The position numbers and the translations under genes were made by a program. Positions 25,401 to 35,115 of a stretch of DNA of 64,000 bases are shown piece after piece; positions within the stretch are counted from its first letter, which is position 1, and every line of letters begins with the position of its first letter. Location: the IMG/VR virus record IMGVR_UViG_3300005663_000044, positions 6,833 to 70,832 of that record; one strand, 5' to 3'. Source of the DNA: a virus. The notes beneath the pieces are model-generated. The model had not been told where the DNA came from. It did not search any database and worked only from the letters and a program-made list of their open reading frames with translations.

Positions 25401-28335
25401 GCAGAAGTTCGCTGACCGCTCAACTAGAGTATATGATGCGGATGCAAACTGGATGGGTACAATGGGAGTTACCCAGGACTTGATTGACGGTTACTACTTA
25501 CCCCACCGTCTTGTGGATGGGCAACGCTCCAATGTTCGGGCCACACAATCGGCTTTATTCCAACATAAGGGGCTCCCCACAGCTCGTCGTCGCTATCGCT
25601 CCCTAGCTGAGTACAACGAGATATTAAAACAGCATGGTTTAGAACCGGAGCTTGATGCGTTATCTCTGTTTGTTGGCCGTATGGCTCGTAGCAATCAGGC
25701 CCGATCCCAGGCCCTCTATGTGAACCAACTCGCTGAGCAGCCCTACAGCCGTGTCTTGAAGCCGGGGGAGCGAGCCCGTTTTGGTGAGCGGATACTTCCT
25801 GAGGAACTTGTCCAAGGGCAGCGGCGGATCGCTGTCCCTCAAGAGATTGCTGATGAGGTGGCGGAAGCTGGTATCTCTAGTATCATTACTCCTGATGTGC
25901 AGGCTCTAGAGAAAACAATTGACTTCTTCCGTGGGTTACTACTGTCTGCTGACCTTTCTTTCTTCGGCATCCAGGGTTTTGCGTTGGCTTCAGTCGATCC
26001 AGCCGCGTACTTACAGAACTTTGGTACTATGACGGCTGCTGTTACCAGTCGTGAGGGTTTTATGCTTTGGTCTACTACCCACGCGAGGGAGATGGCTATG
26101 TGGTCTCGGGCCGGCCTCAAATTCTACAATTCTGTGCTTGATCTGCCAACACGCCCGAACGCGGTGACCCGGTTGAAGAACCGAGAGTTTGGTCAAATCG
26201 TTCGTGATGTACTGGATAGTCCCGTGCAGCACCTTCCTGTTGCAGGTCAACTCAATGAGATTTTTTATAATCGAGCTTTGCCTGTTGGTAAGCTATATTC
26301 GGCTCGAAGTGCCTATGAGATACTACGGAACATTCGTGAGGAGGGTGTTTTAGGGCGCCTCTCTCAGGTACCCTTGGCTGGAAAGCCCTTACGGGGCATT
26401 CGCTCATTAGGAAAGGGACAAGGGCCCATTGAGAAAATGTTCCGTGACCTGCCAGTTATTGACGCGGCCTTCAGAAAACTAGGCGGCGTGACTGGAAAGT
26501 CAGACTTTGAACTCATGCAGGCAGCCTCAGATGTGGTCAACAACCTGGGTGGGGGTATTGACTGGTTTGCCGTGGGCTCCCGGCCGAAGGCTTTGGAAAA
26601 ACTTCTTATCTTGACCCCCGGTTGGCTCCGAGCAAATCTGGGACGGGTTATTCTCACCGGTAAAGTATTTGATCCCCGCGGCGTCTTAGCGCGACGGGCC
26701 CTTTTCCAGCAACTAGCTTTTGTTTCAACAATGTCCACGGCTATTTCATTGGCCTCTTCTGGAAAAATGCCTTCGTATGACCCCCGTGCTACCGATTGGC
26801 TGGATATAAAGACTGAACAAGGCTCTATTGCCTGGATGCCCGGTAAGACCTACTTACGGACGTTATCCCGGATAGCTGGGGGAGTGCCTTGGCGTGAGGA
26901 GAAGCCTTGGGAGTTGACTCCAGACCAGATTCGGGCCCGTTTGGAGACCGCTAGGCGCTTTGGGGAAGGCCGCGTCGGGCAGATTCCGCGGCTTATAGAT
27001 GATTTATACACAGGGCGAGACTTCTTGGGGCGTAAGATTGATAGCCGCCTTACCTATATAGCACAATCTGTGGCCCCCATTGTCTTAGGAGAGTTTATGG
27101 AGGGGTATCAGGAGGGAGCCCGGGGATTGGAGCTGGCAAATCGTCTATGGCCCGAAATGCTTGGTCTCAATGTGATACCTATACGACCATCAGACAGGCG
27201 GAATAAATTCGTAGCAGAAGCTAATAAGTGGCGAACGAGTGGTGAAGCCTTTACTAGCCGCGATATTGATACTGGAGAAGTGCTCTACCTGACTGAGTAC
27301 AACCAACTCAGCCGGGCGCAAAAGGACGAGTTCAATAAATGGGACGCCAGCACTAAGGGCCCTCATGTAAACGACCAGATAGACGAAGAGCTCAATCGTC
27401 GCGCTAGTCCTTTTGTCGTACCGGACGAAATCCGCACCCGAGAGTCGGCCGATATCATCCGATTAGGGGAGCAGTACCTCCAAAACTATCCTACCCCCGG
27501 CTCCGGGCGTCTCTATAGAGATGGGTATGCGGAGCTCCGTGCCGCAAGTCGCGCCCAGATTGAATTCTTCTTTCAACAGCAAGGGGATTCAACCGCAGAA
27601 CCAAAAACTCAGCGCCAGAAGACCTACTTTGGTTATTTTGAGGAAGTCATTGACCGTGCGGTCGACCCTGTGAACCGACAGATGGATACCTTAACGTTTG
27701 AATCCTTGGAGAATGCTTATTTCCAGTTTGTGAAGGACGAGTATGGGGAGGACGCTCTAACGGCTCTACAGGCCGATCTCAACATCCACCCCACGGATGA
27801 TCGAGTCGCAACGCAGTGGCGTAAAGATCGAAAGGTGCTAGAGGAGGGTGTTTGGCGCCTGATGGATTCTACTTTCAAACCTGATTTATTGGCAGAGTTC
27901 GGTGGTTTTACGGAGACCCAGGCAGCTAGTATTGTCCGTGATGCTAACTCTTGGGAAGAGTTTACTCGAAATTGGACTTCTATTCTGCTCGACTCGTTGA
28001 TTGGAGAACCTCTTCCATCCTCCCTCGGGGAGCTAACGTCCAGAGTGGACATAGGGGATGGTAAAGGTACTACCGAGCATACTTGGTATGAGATTTTTCA
28101 GGTAGCTCCCGACGAGCCCCTTACCCCCGCCGTAGCGAACGAAGTCGCACAAGACGCAGCCACCAAGGTCTTTAAGGACTTCACAGCCTTTCGTTCTGAA
28201 GTCCGTACAGGGTACTTAGAAGAGAACCCAGGACAAATTTGTCTATTAGGTTTTTGGGAGTATTGGGAGAGTTTTAATGCCCGTCTCTCACAATACCTTC
28301 AAACTTGTCCGACAGGGCCTTTACCAAGAAACTAG
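22480..28335 (+). CDS. 1951-aa large polyvalent internal virion/ejection protein
   Basis: Pro/Thr linker, Gly/Ala-rich hydrophobic region, an ART-like segment and an LPD-like 'DLYTGRDFLGRKI' region. Confidence 0.7.
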   Translation: MPFRRGGETEGEARERARVRRGRRPPPLPPSRQQEEPPATQPRTSGGEPPVPTPSPTPSPTPTPSPTPGATPTPPQETPTPTATPTPPQETPTPEPVPEEPAQAEARRKRVEFEAVSNAIPKLVGTALDFVRSASDTVKTRKREAWARATNDVFDELNVMLTPPMRANAQSQGWDIVNPEFDLETTDAPYFLDEQGQLRFKFGVNTTTLQGMGIEDEHPLVGAVFSGFRKQSVNGVIDPFLFVLDMKRSLGFYDYKMTEPVPARTATADQKGQIAIPAKVATNEFGYPIPDPDTFNQNLNIEDMPWGEWTDYQLRGQGLRGLLSPIDEHPLAGGVLTALTLWNPTVFGPIIAAEQITASAAGVPSSTKTALGAMREAEHRYIGDPIMNKAEQFDVPVIDVPDIVKGAAEAMLMPSNIATAYRLTMLTPGTAMTAGSLFRAAGAGPATSRIGGQALRFGLEGAILGPTDVTLEAWARGEDPNAKDLLLASGIGLAGGATFGAGGAITGMALPYLARALGATLLRLPGKHYLLKVNAKQLHDATPMSREAAHRYNQFTRSGAKHAATVGLDDLPFAGDDLLSLGRDYELLAHVTPNENVLPIIEGGPKISAAKPGQESDLLQVFHTFDVKSSLDVGMDAYQKVARIGSTEGGGVTTILFAAKKGLRALDANDPKYIEILKQFRDPKTGTIDHAGFRQALLPDYDVITFDAVGPGGVQFKTRGFLNPEDLTYVGQVVDDLGRLASGEEPSQILGRKVVTTQHIRNDMPFDELLAEFETARGDWAPQSLRDALGDSAKSRLGIKTDPRVTFEGPGGQGGLTRVRNTMDELLTDPRIARIVSGIRDKVDQENFLWALASDDLMAPLPGVSLSSRASRALKWGQSVVARAPGVRRITNTIEVGVGRFWDAGNVSANRKGHLYMALLRRTFPEENLRNPKLLVEGVTYVGPKRNAIQNEVTGTIADILDNPKNYKGLTTEMQKFADRSTRVYDADANWMGTMGVTQDLIDGYYLPHRLVDGQRSNVRATQSALFQHKGLPTARRRYRSLAEYNEILKQHGLEPELDALSLFVGRMARSNQARSQALYVNQLAEQPYSRVLKPGERARFGERILPEELVQGQRRIAVPQEIADEVAEAGISSIITPDVQALEKTIDFFRGLLLSADLSFFGIQGFALASVDPAAYLQNFGTMTAAVTSREGFMLWSTTHAREMAMWSRAGLKFYNSVLDLPTRPNAVTRLKNREFGQIVRDVLDSPVQHLPVAGQLNEIFYNRALPVGKLYSARSAYEILRNIREEGVLGRLSQVPLAGKPLRGIRSLGKGQGPIEKMFRDLPVIDAAFRKLGGVTGKSDFELMQAASDVVNNLGGGIDWFAVGSRPKALEKLLILTPGWLRANLGRVILTGKVFDPRGVLARRALFQQLAFVSTMSTAISLASSGKMPSYDPRATDWLDIKTEQGSIAWMPGKTYLRTLSRIAGGVPWREEKPWELTPDQIRARLETARRFGEGRVGQIPRLIDDLYTGRDFLGRKIDSRLTYIAQSVAPIVLGEFMEGYQEGARGLELANRLWPEMLGLNVIPIRPSDRRNKFVAEANKWRTSGEAFTSRDIDTGEVLYLTEYNQLSRAQKDEFNKWDASTKGPHVNDQIDEELNRRASPFVVPDEIRTRESADIIRLGEQYLQNYPTPGSGRLYRDGYAELRAASRAQIEFFFQQQGDSTAEPKTQRQKTYFGYFEEVIDRAVDPVNRQMDTLTFESLENAYFQFVKDEYGEDALTALQADLNIHPTDDRVATQWRKDRKVLEEGVWRLMDSTFKPDLLAEFGGFTETQAASIVRDANSWEEFTRNWTSILLDSLIGEPLPSSLGELTSRVDIGDGKGTTEHTWYEIFQVAPDEPLTPAVANEVAQDAATKVFKDFTAFRSEVRTGYLEENPGQICLLGFWEYWESFNARLSQYLQTCPTGPLPRN

Positions 28336-28358
28336 TATAGCAGTATCAATATACCCCC

Positions 28359-28388
28359 TTGACAAGTTAGTCACTAATGCCCTATACT
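28359..28388 (+). promoter_or_regulatory. sigma70 promoter for head genes
   Basis: CCCTTGACA-N18-TATACT, then a TAAGGAGGT RBS. Confidence 0.85.
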
Positions 28389-28420
28389 ACATTTAGAGGT
28401 ATATATAAGGAGGTAACTAA

Positions 28421-29500
28421 ATGGAAGGTCAATCAAGTGCTTCACCTGCAATGGTGAACGATCTAAACAAGCTCGAAGAGTTTGAGATGACAACTGAGGG
28501 AGTACGTCCTTTGAGTCTGCAGAATCAAGCCGATCCTTCGCAGCCTGCTTCTTCCCCTGAAGGAGCACCTGCTCAGCCGGCCGGTTCGCAGCCAGAGACA
28601 CCGCCTCAGACGCCTGCTCAGCCTCAGACAGCTCAGGCAGGACAGCCCCAGGCGCCGGTACTTAACCCGTCGCCACAGCCTGTTGTAGAGGTAGTAGCTC
28701 CACAACCGGCCCCAGCCCCAGCAGCCACGGAACCCGAGCCGGTCGTAGCTGCACCGGAGGCACCGTCTGAGGAAGAGACGGCTGCTCTTGAGAGGTTAAA
28801 TACTTTCATCACGCAGACTAGTGAAACGGTTACTGAAACGGCTCGAAGAGAGGCACAGTCACAGTACGACAAACAGGCTGTGCAGATCAACCGTCAGCTC
28901 GCAGAATCAAAAACCCAGTCTGAGGAATTGACCAAACAGATTAGGGATTTGCAGTCTCGTGACCTGACAGACGAAGATCGTGCCAAGGTAAATGAAAATT
29001 GGGCACAGCAAGACGAACGAGCCGAGCTCGACAAGTACCGGGGGGAGTTGCAGGGGTTCCAAAAGACTATCTTCATTGATAGTCTGCTCCTAGACTACAA
29101 CCCGTATGGTGTAGAGCGAACGGCGCTAGAACAGATAGAGACGACCGAAGAAATGGAGCTCTACTGTGAACAACAGAAGTCAGGTTCATTAGAGAAACGC
29201 CTAGCTGAAGGACAGAATTCAGCCACAGTTCCTTCTGAGGCGGTAGTAACAGTACCGGAAGCAACCCCTGCCCAGGCCCAACAGCCTGGCGCACCGGCCG
29301 CTACTCCGTCTGTGCCGGTTACCGCGCCGGTACCGAACGCGCCGGGAGTCCCGGCGGGGGCTCAGGCCCCGAGTGATGTTGGTACTGGTGGTACCGCTCC
29401 TCAGGAGGGTACTAAGTTCTCTGAGGAACAGAACCCTGACGCTTTTAGGGAAAACCTAAACAACATGGACTGGTCTAGAGTCCGTGTGCGACAGGCGTAA
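28421..29500 (+). CDS. capsid scaffolding protein
   Basis: Acidic, P/A/Q-rich termini and central coiled coil; immediately upstream of the major capsid gene. Confidence 0.75.
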   Translation: MEGQSSASPAMVNDLNKLEEFEMTTEGVRPLSLQNQADPSQPASSPEGAPAQPAGSQPETPPQTPAQPQTAQAGQPQAPVLNPSPQPVVEVVAPQPAPAPAATEPEPVVAAPEAPSEEETAALERLNTFITQTSETVTETARREAQSQYDKQAVQINRQLAESKTQSEELTKQIRDLQSRDLTDEDRAKVNENWAQQDERAELDKYRGELQGFQKTIFIDSLLLDYNPYGVERTALEQIETTEEMELYCEQQKSGSLEKRLAEGQNSATVPSEAVVTVPEATPAQAQQPGAPAATPSVPVTAPVPNAPGVPAGAQAPSDVGTGGTAPQEGTKFSEEQNPDAFRENLNNMDWSRVRVRQA

Positions 29501-29525
29501 AATTTAAGATAGGAGAAAATAGGAA

Positions 29526-30746
29526 ATGCCAGGAACAATTGAAACTTTAGGCTTTGCTGGTATGCCCGACAGTGGTTATCCTGCAGAATTCTTGCTTGAC
29601 GGTAGTACGTCACTGCGAGTCCGCTGGGTTGCACCATTGCTCACAAATATGTCAGAACGCTCAACCGACCTGCTTAAGTACACTGGTGGTGTAGAGCAGT
29701 TCCAGTACACTCACTCCCGAATTGAGTGGGTAGAGGATGACCCCTGGAACCGGCGCCCGACAATTGGTTCGCTAAGTGCAGCCAGTGTTGCTAATGAAGT
29801 CCAGAGTCTAACCGTTACTGGAGCGGCTCATCGCTTCCCGGTAGGAACTGTTATGTTCAACCGGAACAACGACGAGTTTGTGCGGGTAACGGGGCACGTA
29901 GATGTTAATACTCTCTCTATTATGAGAGATATTACCGCGCGTGTGGATGAGACCTCTGTCACATGGGCAGCTACGGACGAAGTGTTCGTTGCCGGGTTCT
30001 CCATGCACGAGAATGATAACTGGGTGTTCAGGCCCACCAGCCTGACCAGTATGCCCTTCAACTACTCACAGGTACACTCAGTTGGTGTACAAGCTACCTT
30101 CCGCTCTATGGAGACGCAACAGTATGGTCTCCAGGGGAATAGCTTGGACAAACATGCTGCCGACACAGTAGCGGAGCAGTTTGTTACTATGGAGCAGGAA
30201 TTCGTTCACGGTGACCGGTTCGCCGGCACCTCGGCAATTCCGGCCCTGCAGGGGGGTATCTTCGACTTCATTACGGCCGCGAACGGTGCTCAGGTCACTG
30301 ACCTATCGAGTGCTGCTCTTGTCCGTTCTGACATTGATGACATCCTTCAGAGCCTCTTCTATGAGGTAGGTGGGGACAAGATGGCTCAGACCCTTGTCGT
30401 CTCTGCCTGGGCGAAGCGGAAGATTTCCAGCTTCTTCAGTGGCGCCGAGCGATTGGGCCCGGGTACCGGTCAACAGGCTGGTGTCGTGGTCGACCGCTTG
30501 AACACTGACTTTGGTGTACTCGACATTCTACTGCACACCGCTGTGCGTCAGGATGAACTGTACTTCCTAAGGCAGGAGAACCACAAGATGGGTCACCACG
30601 GAACGCTAGGCCGACCTCAGCTTCGGCAGCTTCCTCCGTCTTCGGCTGGCCCTCGTGTCCAACAGGCTTTCTATGCAGACGTGAGCTCTATTCACATGGG
30701 CCCGCGGGCTGAAGCCCGTATTTTAGGTATGAGTACCACCACCTAG
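29526..30746 (+). CDS. major capsid protein (SU10/DUF5309-like, HK97 fold)
   Basis: 'IEWVED', 'FNYSQV', 'MEQEFVHGDR', 'GGIFDFI' and 'VVDRLNTDFG' motifs. Confidence 0.85.
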   Translation: MPGTIETLGFAGMPDSGYPAEFLLDGSTSLRVRWVAPLLTNMSERSTDLLKYTGGVEQFQYTHSRIEWVEDDPWNRRPTIGSLSAASVANEVQSLTVTGAAHRFPVGTVMFNRNNDEFVRVTGHVDVNTLSIMRDITARVDETSVTWAATDEVFVAGFSMHENDNWVFRPTSLTSMPFNYSQVHSVGVQATFRSMETQQYGLQGNSLDKHAADTVAEQFVTMEQEFVHGDRFAGTSAIPALQGGIFDFITAANGAQVTDLSSAALVRSDIDDILQSLFYEVGGDKMAQTLVVSAWAKRKISSFFSGAERLGPGTGQQAGVVVDRLNTDFGVLDILLHTAVRQDELYFLRQENHKMGHHGTLGRPQLRQLPPSSAGPRVQQAFYADVSSIHMGPRAEARILGMSTTT

Positions 30747-30761
30747 AAGTAGGAGTAAGCA

Positions 30762-31253
30762 GTGAGTCAGTCTTCAATAAGGGGAGTGGAGGAGTCTCAA
30801 GCAGCGGCAAATCCTGCAAATGACTGGATAATTGGTCGAGTCAAAGTCGCCAAGTACACCATCAACGCAGGAAAGTTAGTGAATGGGAACAATCTGTTCC
30901 TTGCTGACACGACCGTCACTCTTGATGGGCCCCCACTCCGTCCCGGTGATCTGATTATGCAGGTCATCACGGACTGCCTGGAGGTGTTTGGTGACGCCGA
31001 TAGTGGCGACAACACCACCCTCCAGATTAGGTTCAATGATGGATCGACCCAAACGAATATCCAGGGAGCGACTTCGATTGGGGGTGCTCCATTTAGTACG
31101 GTGAGTCGAGTCCTGATGGTACAGGATTGGGCCACCGCCGGCGACTGGCTTAAATTAACATTGAACACTCGGATAGAAGTCCTAGTGTCCAACGACCAAA
31201 ACATCGACGACGGTTTGATGGACATCTACGTTTTCTACGTGAGTGGGGACTAG
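30762..31253 (+). CDS. putative capsid decoration protein
   Basis: Jelly-roll-like beta protein right after the major capsid gene. Confidence 0.55.
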   Translation: MSQSSIRGVEESQAAANPANDWIIGRVKVAKYTINAGKLVNGNNLFLADTTVTLDGPPLRPGDLIMQVITDCLEVFGDADSGDNTTLQIRFNDGSTQTNIQGATSIGGAPFSTVSRVLMVQDWATAGDWLKLTLNTRIEVLVSNDQNIDDGLMDIYVFYVSGD

Positions 31254-33054
31254 GAGAAAATTTATGACCGCAGAACTAATCGCTAGGTTACGGGAACACG
31301 ACATTCTACACCGTCTCCTGCAGAAGAACGCACCGAGTCAGCCGTCTATTGGGCCTGTCTTCGGGGACAGTGTAAACCTACCTGACTTCTACTACGTGGA
31401 TTCTGGTAATGGGAACGATGGTAATGATGGTCGTGATCCTGCATTCCCGTTGGCAACTATTGATGCTGCCATCAACAAGTGTACGGCTAGCCAGGGGGAC
31501 ATTATCCTGGTACAGCCTGGGCACTCCGAGACCCTAACAGCGGCTATTGAGCTAGATGTTATTGGCGTACAGGTTATCGGTGTCGGTGAGGGTAATCTCC
31601 GACCGCAGATCACCCTGGCCGCGGACGATAACGGTATCGAGATTTCGGCAGCTAACTGCCGTGTCGAGAACATCTACTTCAATGAGCGCACGACCACCCC
31701 AACCGGCAACAACGGTTACATTGACGTGAGCGCGGCCAATGCTAAGATTCTCAACTGCCACTTTGATTGTGGCGCCGAAGACCTTGATTCGATTACCCTA
31801 GCCTTAAACGCCGACTCTTGTGAGATCGGGGGCAATCGTTGGGTAACTACGGCCGATGGCCCTGACTCTGCGATTCGCATCGAAGCAATCATTGACCTAC
31901 TGCATGTCCACCACAATATCATTGATGGTGGTACAGCGGCTAATGGCTTCGACGAAGGTAGTATTGTCTCGGGTTCGGTTCACACGAACTGCATCGTTGA
32001 GTACAATACCTTCCATGCCCTTGTCTCTGGCTTTGGACTCACGTTCACTGCTGCAGCGACTGGTGTGATTCAGTACAACGTGTTTGCACTTGGTACTCTC
32101 GGTTCGATGCTCGACCCGGGCTCGTGCATGTGTATCCAGAACTTTGAGCAGGATGCAGTTGACGAGAGCGGTATCCTTGTCCCGTCCGTAAACCCTGCTG
32201 GTACAGTCGGTGGGGGCGCCCACGGCGCTATCAACGACATCACAACCGATGGGATGCACGGGAAGCTCGGTACCGATACCGAGATGTCCGACCGGTCTAT
32301 CTGGGATATGTTGGAGGGCGATGGATTCAACTCCTGGCCGGCAGGTGCCGCCTATGCGAATGACGTGTCCATTGCGGAAGTCCTAGCCTACATACAGGAC
32401 GGTGTTCGCCGGGGTACTGGTACTGTCAACCCAGCAGACGTTTCGCTGTATGACCTTATTGGCGGAACAAAGGGACATCCAGCTTGGCCCACAGCGGCCG
32501 CATATACCAACGATGTATCGTTGATGGAGGTTGTGGGGTACATTCAAGACCAGATACGTCCCCCTGCTGGTGACCACATCCCTGGTTACGGCATTCGGGT
32601 GTCTAAGACCGATGTCAATGTGCAGGCGACTACGGACGACATCTTCACGATTACCGGTCTGGTGATGGTTACCTTGATGATTGGGGAAGTGACCGCGGCC
32701 TTCGACGGCACCATTGGAAACTTCTCGTTGCGTATCAAGACTTCCAACGAGCCCCTCTGTGCTGCCACGTCAGTGACTAGTGACCTTGTAGACACTCTCT
32801 ACATGCTGACGGGTCAGCCGAATGCGCCCCTTAATGGGGGTATCGCCCCCACACCGCATGTGGCGGGCCCCTCGGCAGAACACGATTCTACCGTCGACCG
32901 CAGCCCTGCACAGTCTCCCATGCTTCTCGGGAATGCAAGTGGGTCAGAAATTGTCGAGATGCTGCTGTCCGCAGCCGATGCTGCGACCGGTGCTTTGACC
33001 CTTACCTGCTACTACATCCCACTAGAAGCAAGTGCTAGTGTGGTGGCTGCTTAA
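31243..33054 (+). CDS. virion protein with pectin-lyase-like beta-helix and C-terminal beta domain
   Basis: 'YYVDSGNGNDGNDG...PLATIDAAI...GDIILVQPGHSE' start and parallel beta-helix repeats. Confidence 0.7.
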   Translation: MGTRRKFMTAELIARLREHDILHRLLQKNAPSQPSIGPVFGDSVNLPDFYYVDSGNGNDGNDGRDPAFPLATIDAAINKCTASQGDIILVQPGHSETLTAAIELDVIGVQVIGVGEGNLRPQITLAADDNGIEISAANCRVENIYFNERTTTPTGNNGYIDVSAANAKILNCHFDCGAEDLDSITLALNADSCEIGGNRWVTTADGPDSAIRIEAIIDLLHVHHNIIDGGTAANGFDEGSIVSGSVHTNCIVEYNTFHALVSGFGLTFTAAATGVIQYNVFALGTLGSMLDPGSCMCIQNFEQDAVDESGILVPSVNPAGTVGGGAHGAINDITTDGMHGKLGTDTEMSDRSIWDMLEGDGFNSWPAGAAYANDVSIAEVLAYIQDGVRRGTGTVNPADVSLYDLIGGTKGHPAWPTAAAYTNDVSLMEVVGYIQDQIRPPAGDHIPGYGIRVSKTDVNVQATTDDIFTITGLVMVTLMIGEVTAAFDGTIGNFSLRIKTSNEPLCAATSVTSDLVDTLYMLTGQPNAPLNGGIAPTPHVAGPSAEHDSTVDRSPAQSPMLLGNASGSEIVEMLLSAADAATGALTLTCYYIPLEASASVVAA

Positions 33055-33121
33055 GAGAAAGTGATTAGGCGCCCCGGGGGGTGGCGCAGGAAGTACCCCC
33101 AGTAGTAAAAGGAGAAAAATC

Positions 33122-33550
33122 ATGCCTGGATTCGAACCACAGACTGACATAGGTATCGTAGTCGTCCCCTTAGATGCTGCATTGGAAACGACTCCTACCG
33201 TTGTTGAGGTTGCTCTGCTTGGTTGCCCTGTTGGGGCAAATATGCAGATAGAACTTTTGAGTGTAGGATTCCGTACCAACACCTTACCTGTTGATAGTGC
33301 TGGTACTGGTACTATCCTTGTCGACATCGAGTTCATTGATAGTTCGGGCTCGCCTGATGTCTCTAACCTGTTGGCGAATTATGACGTAGAGGCTGCGACT
33401 GTTCTAATCTACAACTCGGTTTGGCGGGGGAGTCAGATTATGGAGGCGGGGGATGTTATCAATGCAGAGGTCGCTTCTGATGGTACGCACAATACCGCCT
33501 CAGAGGGTGCAGCTCTCATAGTCGAATACAGAGTGCTCAGGCACTCATAG
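33122..33550 (+). CDS. virion beta-sandwich protein, paralog 1
   Basis: Closely similar along its whole length to 33562-33981. Confidence 0.65.
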   Translation: MPGFEPQTDIGIVVVPLDAALETTPTVVEVALLGCPVGANMQIELLSVGFRTNTLPVDSAGTGTILVDIEFIDSSGSPDVSNLLANYDVEAATVLIYNSVWRGSQIMEAGDVINAEVASDGTHNTASEGAALIVEYRVLRHS

Positions 33551-33561
33551 GAGGGGCTTTT

Positions 33562-33981
33562 ATGTCTTTTGAACCACAGACAGCAGTCCGACTCAGTGTG
33601 ATTCCTGTCGACGCGGCCTTTGAACAGAGCCCTACCATTGTAGAAGTCGGTCTGCTTGCTTGTCCAGACGATGTAAACATGCAGATCGAGCTGTTAAGTG
33701 TTGGCTACCGTGCTAACACACTACCGGTTGATGCAGGTGACAACATCCAGGGTGACCTTCAGTTCATCGACGACACGGACGATAGCGTCACTACTCTGGT
33801 ATCAAACTACACGTTTGATGATAACCGGACAGCTCTTATTGTAAATTCGGTTTGGCGCGGGAGCCAAATACTTGACGCGGGGGATGTTATCAACTTCAAG
33901 ATTGATGACGTATCCACCCCGGACACGGCCTCTGAGGGCGCCGCATTCATAGTTGAGTATCGCGTTCTACGAAGGTCATAA
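33562..33981 (+). CDS. virion beta-sandwich protein, paralog 2
   Basis: Shares FEPQT, NMQIELLSVG, NSVWRGSQI and TASEGAA.IVEYRVLR with paralog 1. Confidence 0.65.
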   Translation: MSFEPQTAVRLSVIPVDAAFEQSPTIVEVGLLACPDDVNMQIELLSVGYRANTLPVDAGDNIQGDLQFIDDTDDSVTTLVSNYTFDDNRTALIVNSVWRGSQILDAGDVINFKIDDVSTPDTASEGAAFIVEYRVLRRS

Positions 33982-33995
33982 TTAAGATGCGCCTA

Positions 33996-34046
33996 ACGAG
34001 TGGTGGAGGGTCACCTCAGGATGCACCTCCGCTCTCCACCACTTGT
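33996..34046 (+). other. intergenic 13-bp stem-loop
   Basis: ACGAGTGGTGGAG / CTCCACCACTTGT with no U-tract; possible processing or stabilising hairpin. Confidence 0.55.
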
Positions 34047-34077
34047 AGGTGAAGGTGTAAGGAGGAGGAAAAGAGTA

Positions 34078-34701
34078 ATGAACGACTACGACCAATACGG
34101 AAACAGTGGCGCCCCTACTGGTGGGGAAGTCTCAAGTGAGCAGCGTCAGGAGGCGACAAAAGACGCCCCTGGAGCAAAAGCTGCCCATCAGCAGTTCGAA
34201 CAAGAAGAAGTGGTAGCTCCTACTGAAGAAAGTCTTGTAGCCTATGTTGCGGCAGGCGAACACGCCAATAGTAAGTTCCTTGTCAAGGCAGGTGTGGTTA
34301 TTAAGGCTCCGATGACTGCAAATACTCCTCTAGGCATGACTCCCCTCTCTAGTCGTGAGGGAGATGTCTGGGCTAAGTTCGTGAACGGTGTTATGGTTAC
34401 AGATGACCCCTTGGTGATTAAATGGTGTTCCGAGAGGCCGGCCATTTGCCGGCGTTCCGACGATCCTCTCACTAAGAGCTGGGCTACGATTAAAGATTTG
34501 CAGACTAAGAAAGCAAACCGTGAGCTCCTTATTGACCCTAGTGCAATGGATGCTGACGAGGATTTCCCGGCCGGCACCTTTGACCACTCGCGCGGGCAAG
34601 GTGCAAAAGAGGACAGTCCTGGTGGAAAGGCAGTCGCTGCCGCAGAGCTCAGCCGGCTAAGTGCGGAGCAGGAGCGGGCGAAGAGCTCTAGCGTAGCGTA
34701 G
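34078..34701 (+). CDS. hypothetical virion-module protein
   Basis: TAAGGAGGAGG RBS before ATG 34078 (MNDYDQ). Confidence 0.6.
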   Translation: MNDYDQYGNSGAPTGGEVSSEQRQEATKDAPGAKAAHQQFEQEEVVAPTEESLVAYVAAGEHANSKFLVKAGVVIKAPMTANTPLGMTPLSSREGDVWAKFVNGVMVTDDPLVIKWCSERPAICRRSDDPLTKSWATIKDLQTKKANRELLIDPSAMDADEDFPAGTFDHSRGQGAKEDSPGGKAVAAAELSRLSAEQERAKSSSVA

Positions 34702-34712
34702 GAGGTGGGCAA

Positions 34713-35099
34713 ATGCCTATTAGAATCAACCACCTCATAGACGTTACTCTTGACGACGTGCCTACGTCCCAAGCAGCCACACACGACTTTCAGGGAGTCA
34801 CCCCCCGTCGGGTGACTCTCTACTTGCAAATCGTCAAGACTAACGCGCCCACTAATGTTATCCTCACAGTTGAGTTCTCTCCTGATGACGGTCAAACTCT
34901 TATAGACTACGATAAGCTCTTAACTGAAGCAGGAACGGATGGCCCCGTAGCTAGTGTTACTTATACGGTTACTGGCGATGATGTGGTCTCGATGGCTCCT
35001 GAGGACGTTTTAGACTATATTAAGGTCACCATGACTGGTACAGGTACGACTCCTTCAGCAACCTTTGCAGTAGATGTTTGGCTTTTGTACTCCTACTAA
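34713..35099 (+). CDS. virion beta-sandwich protein
   Basis: 'VEFSPDDGQT' motif; AGGAGG RBS. Confidence 0.6.
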   Translation: MPIRINHLIDVTLDDVPTSQAATHDFQGVTPRRVTLYLQIVKTNAPTNVILTVEFSPDDGQTLIDYDKLLTEAGTDGPVASVTYTVTGDDVVSMAPEDVLDYIKVTMTGTGTTPSATFAVDVWLLYSY

Positions 35100-35115
35100 A
35101 GCAGGATGATGTACT

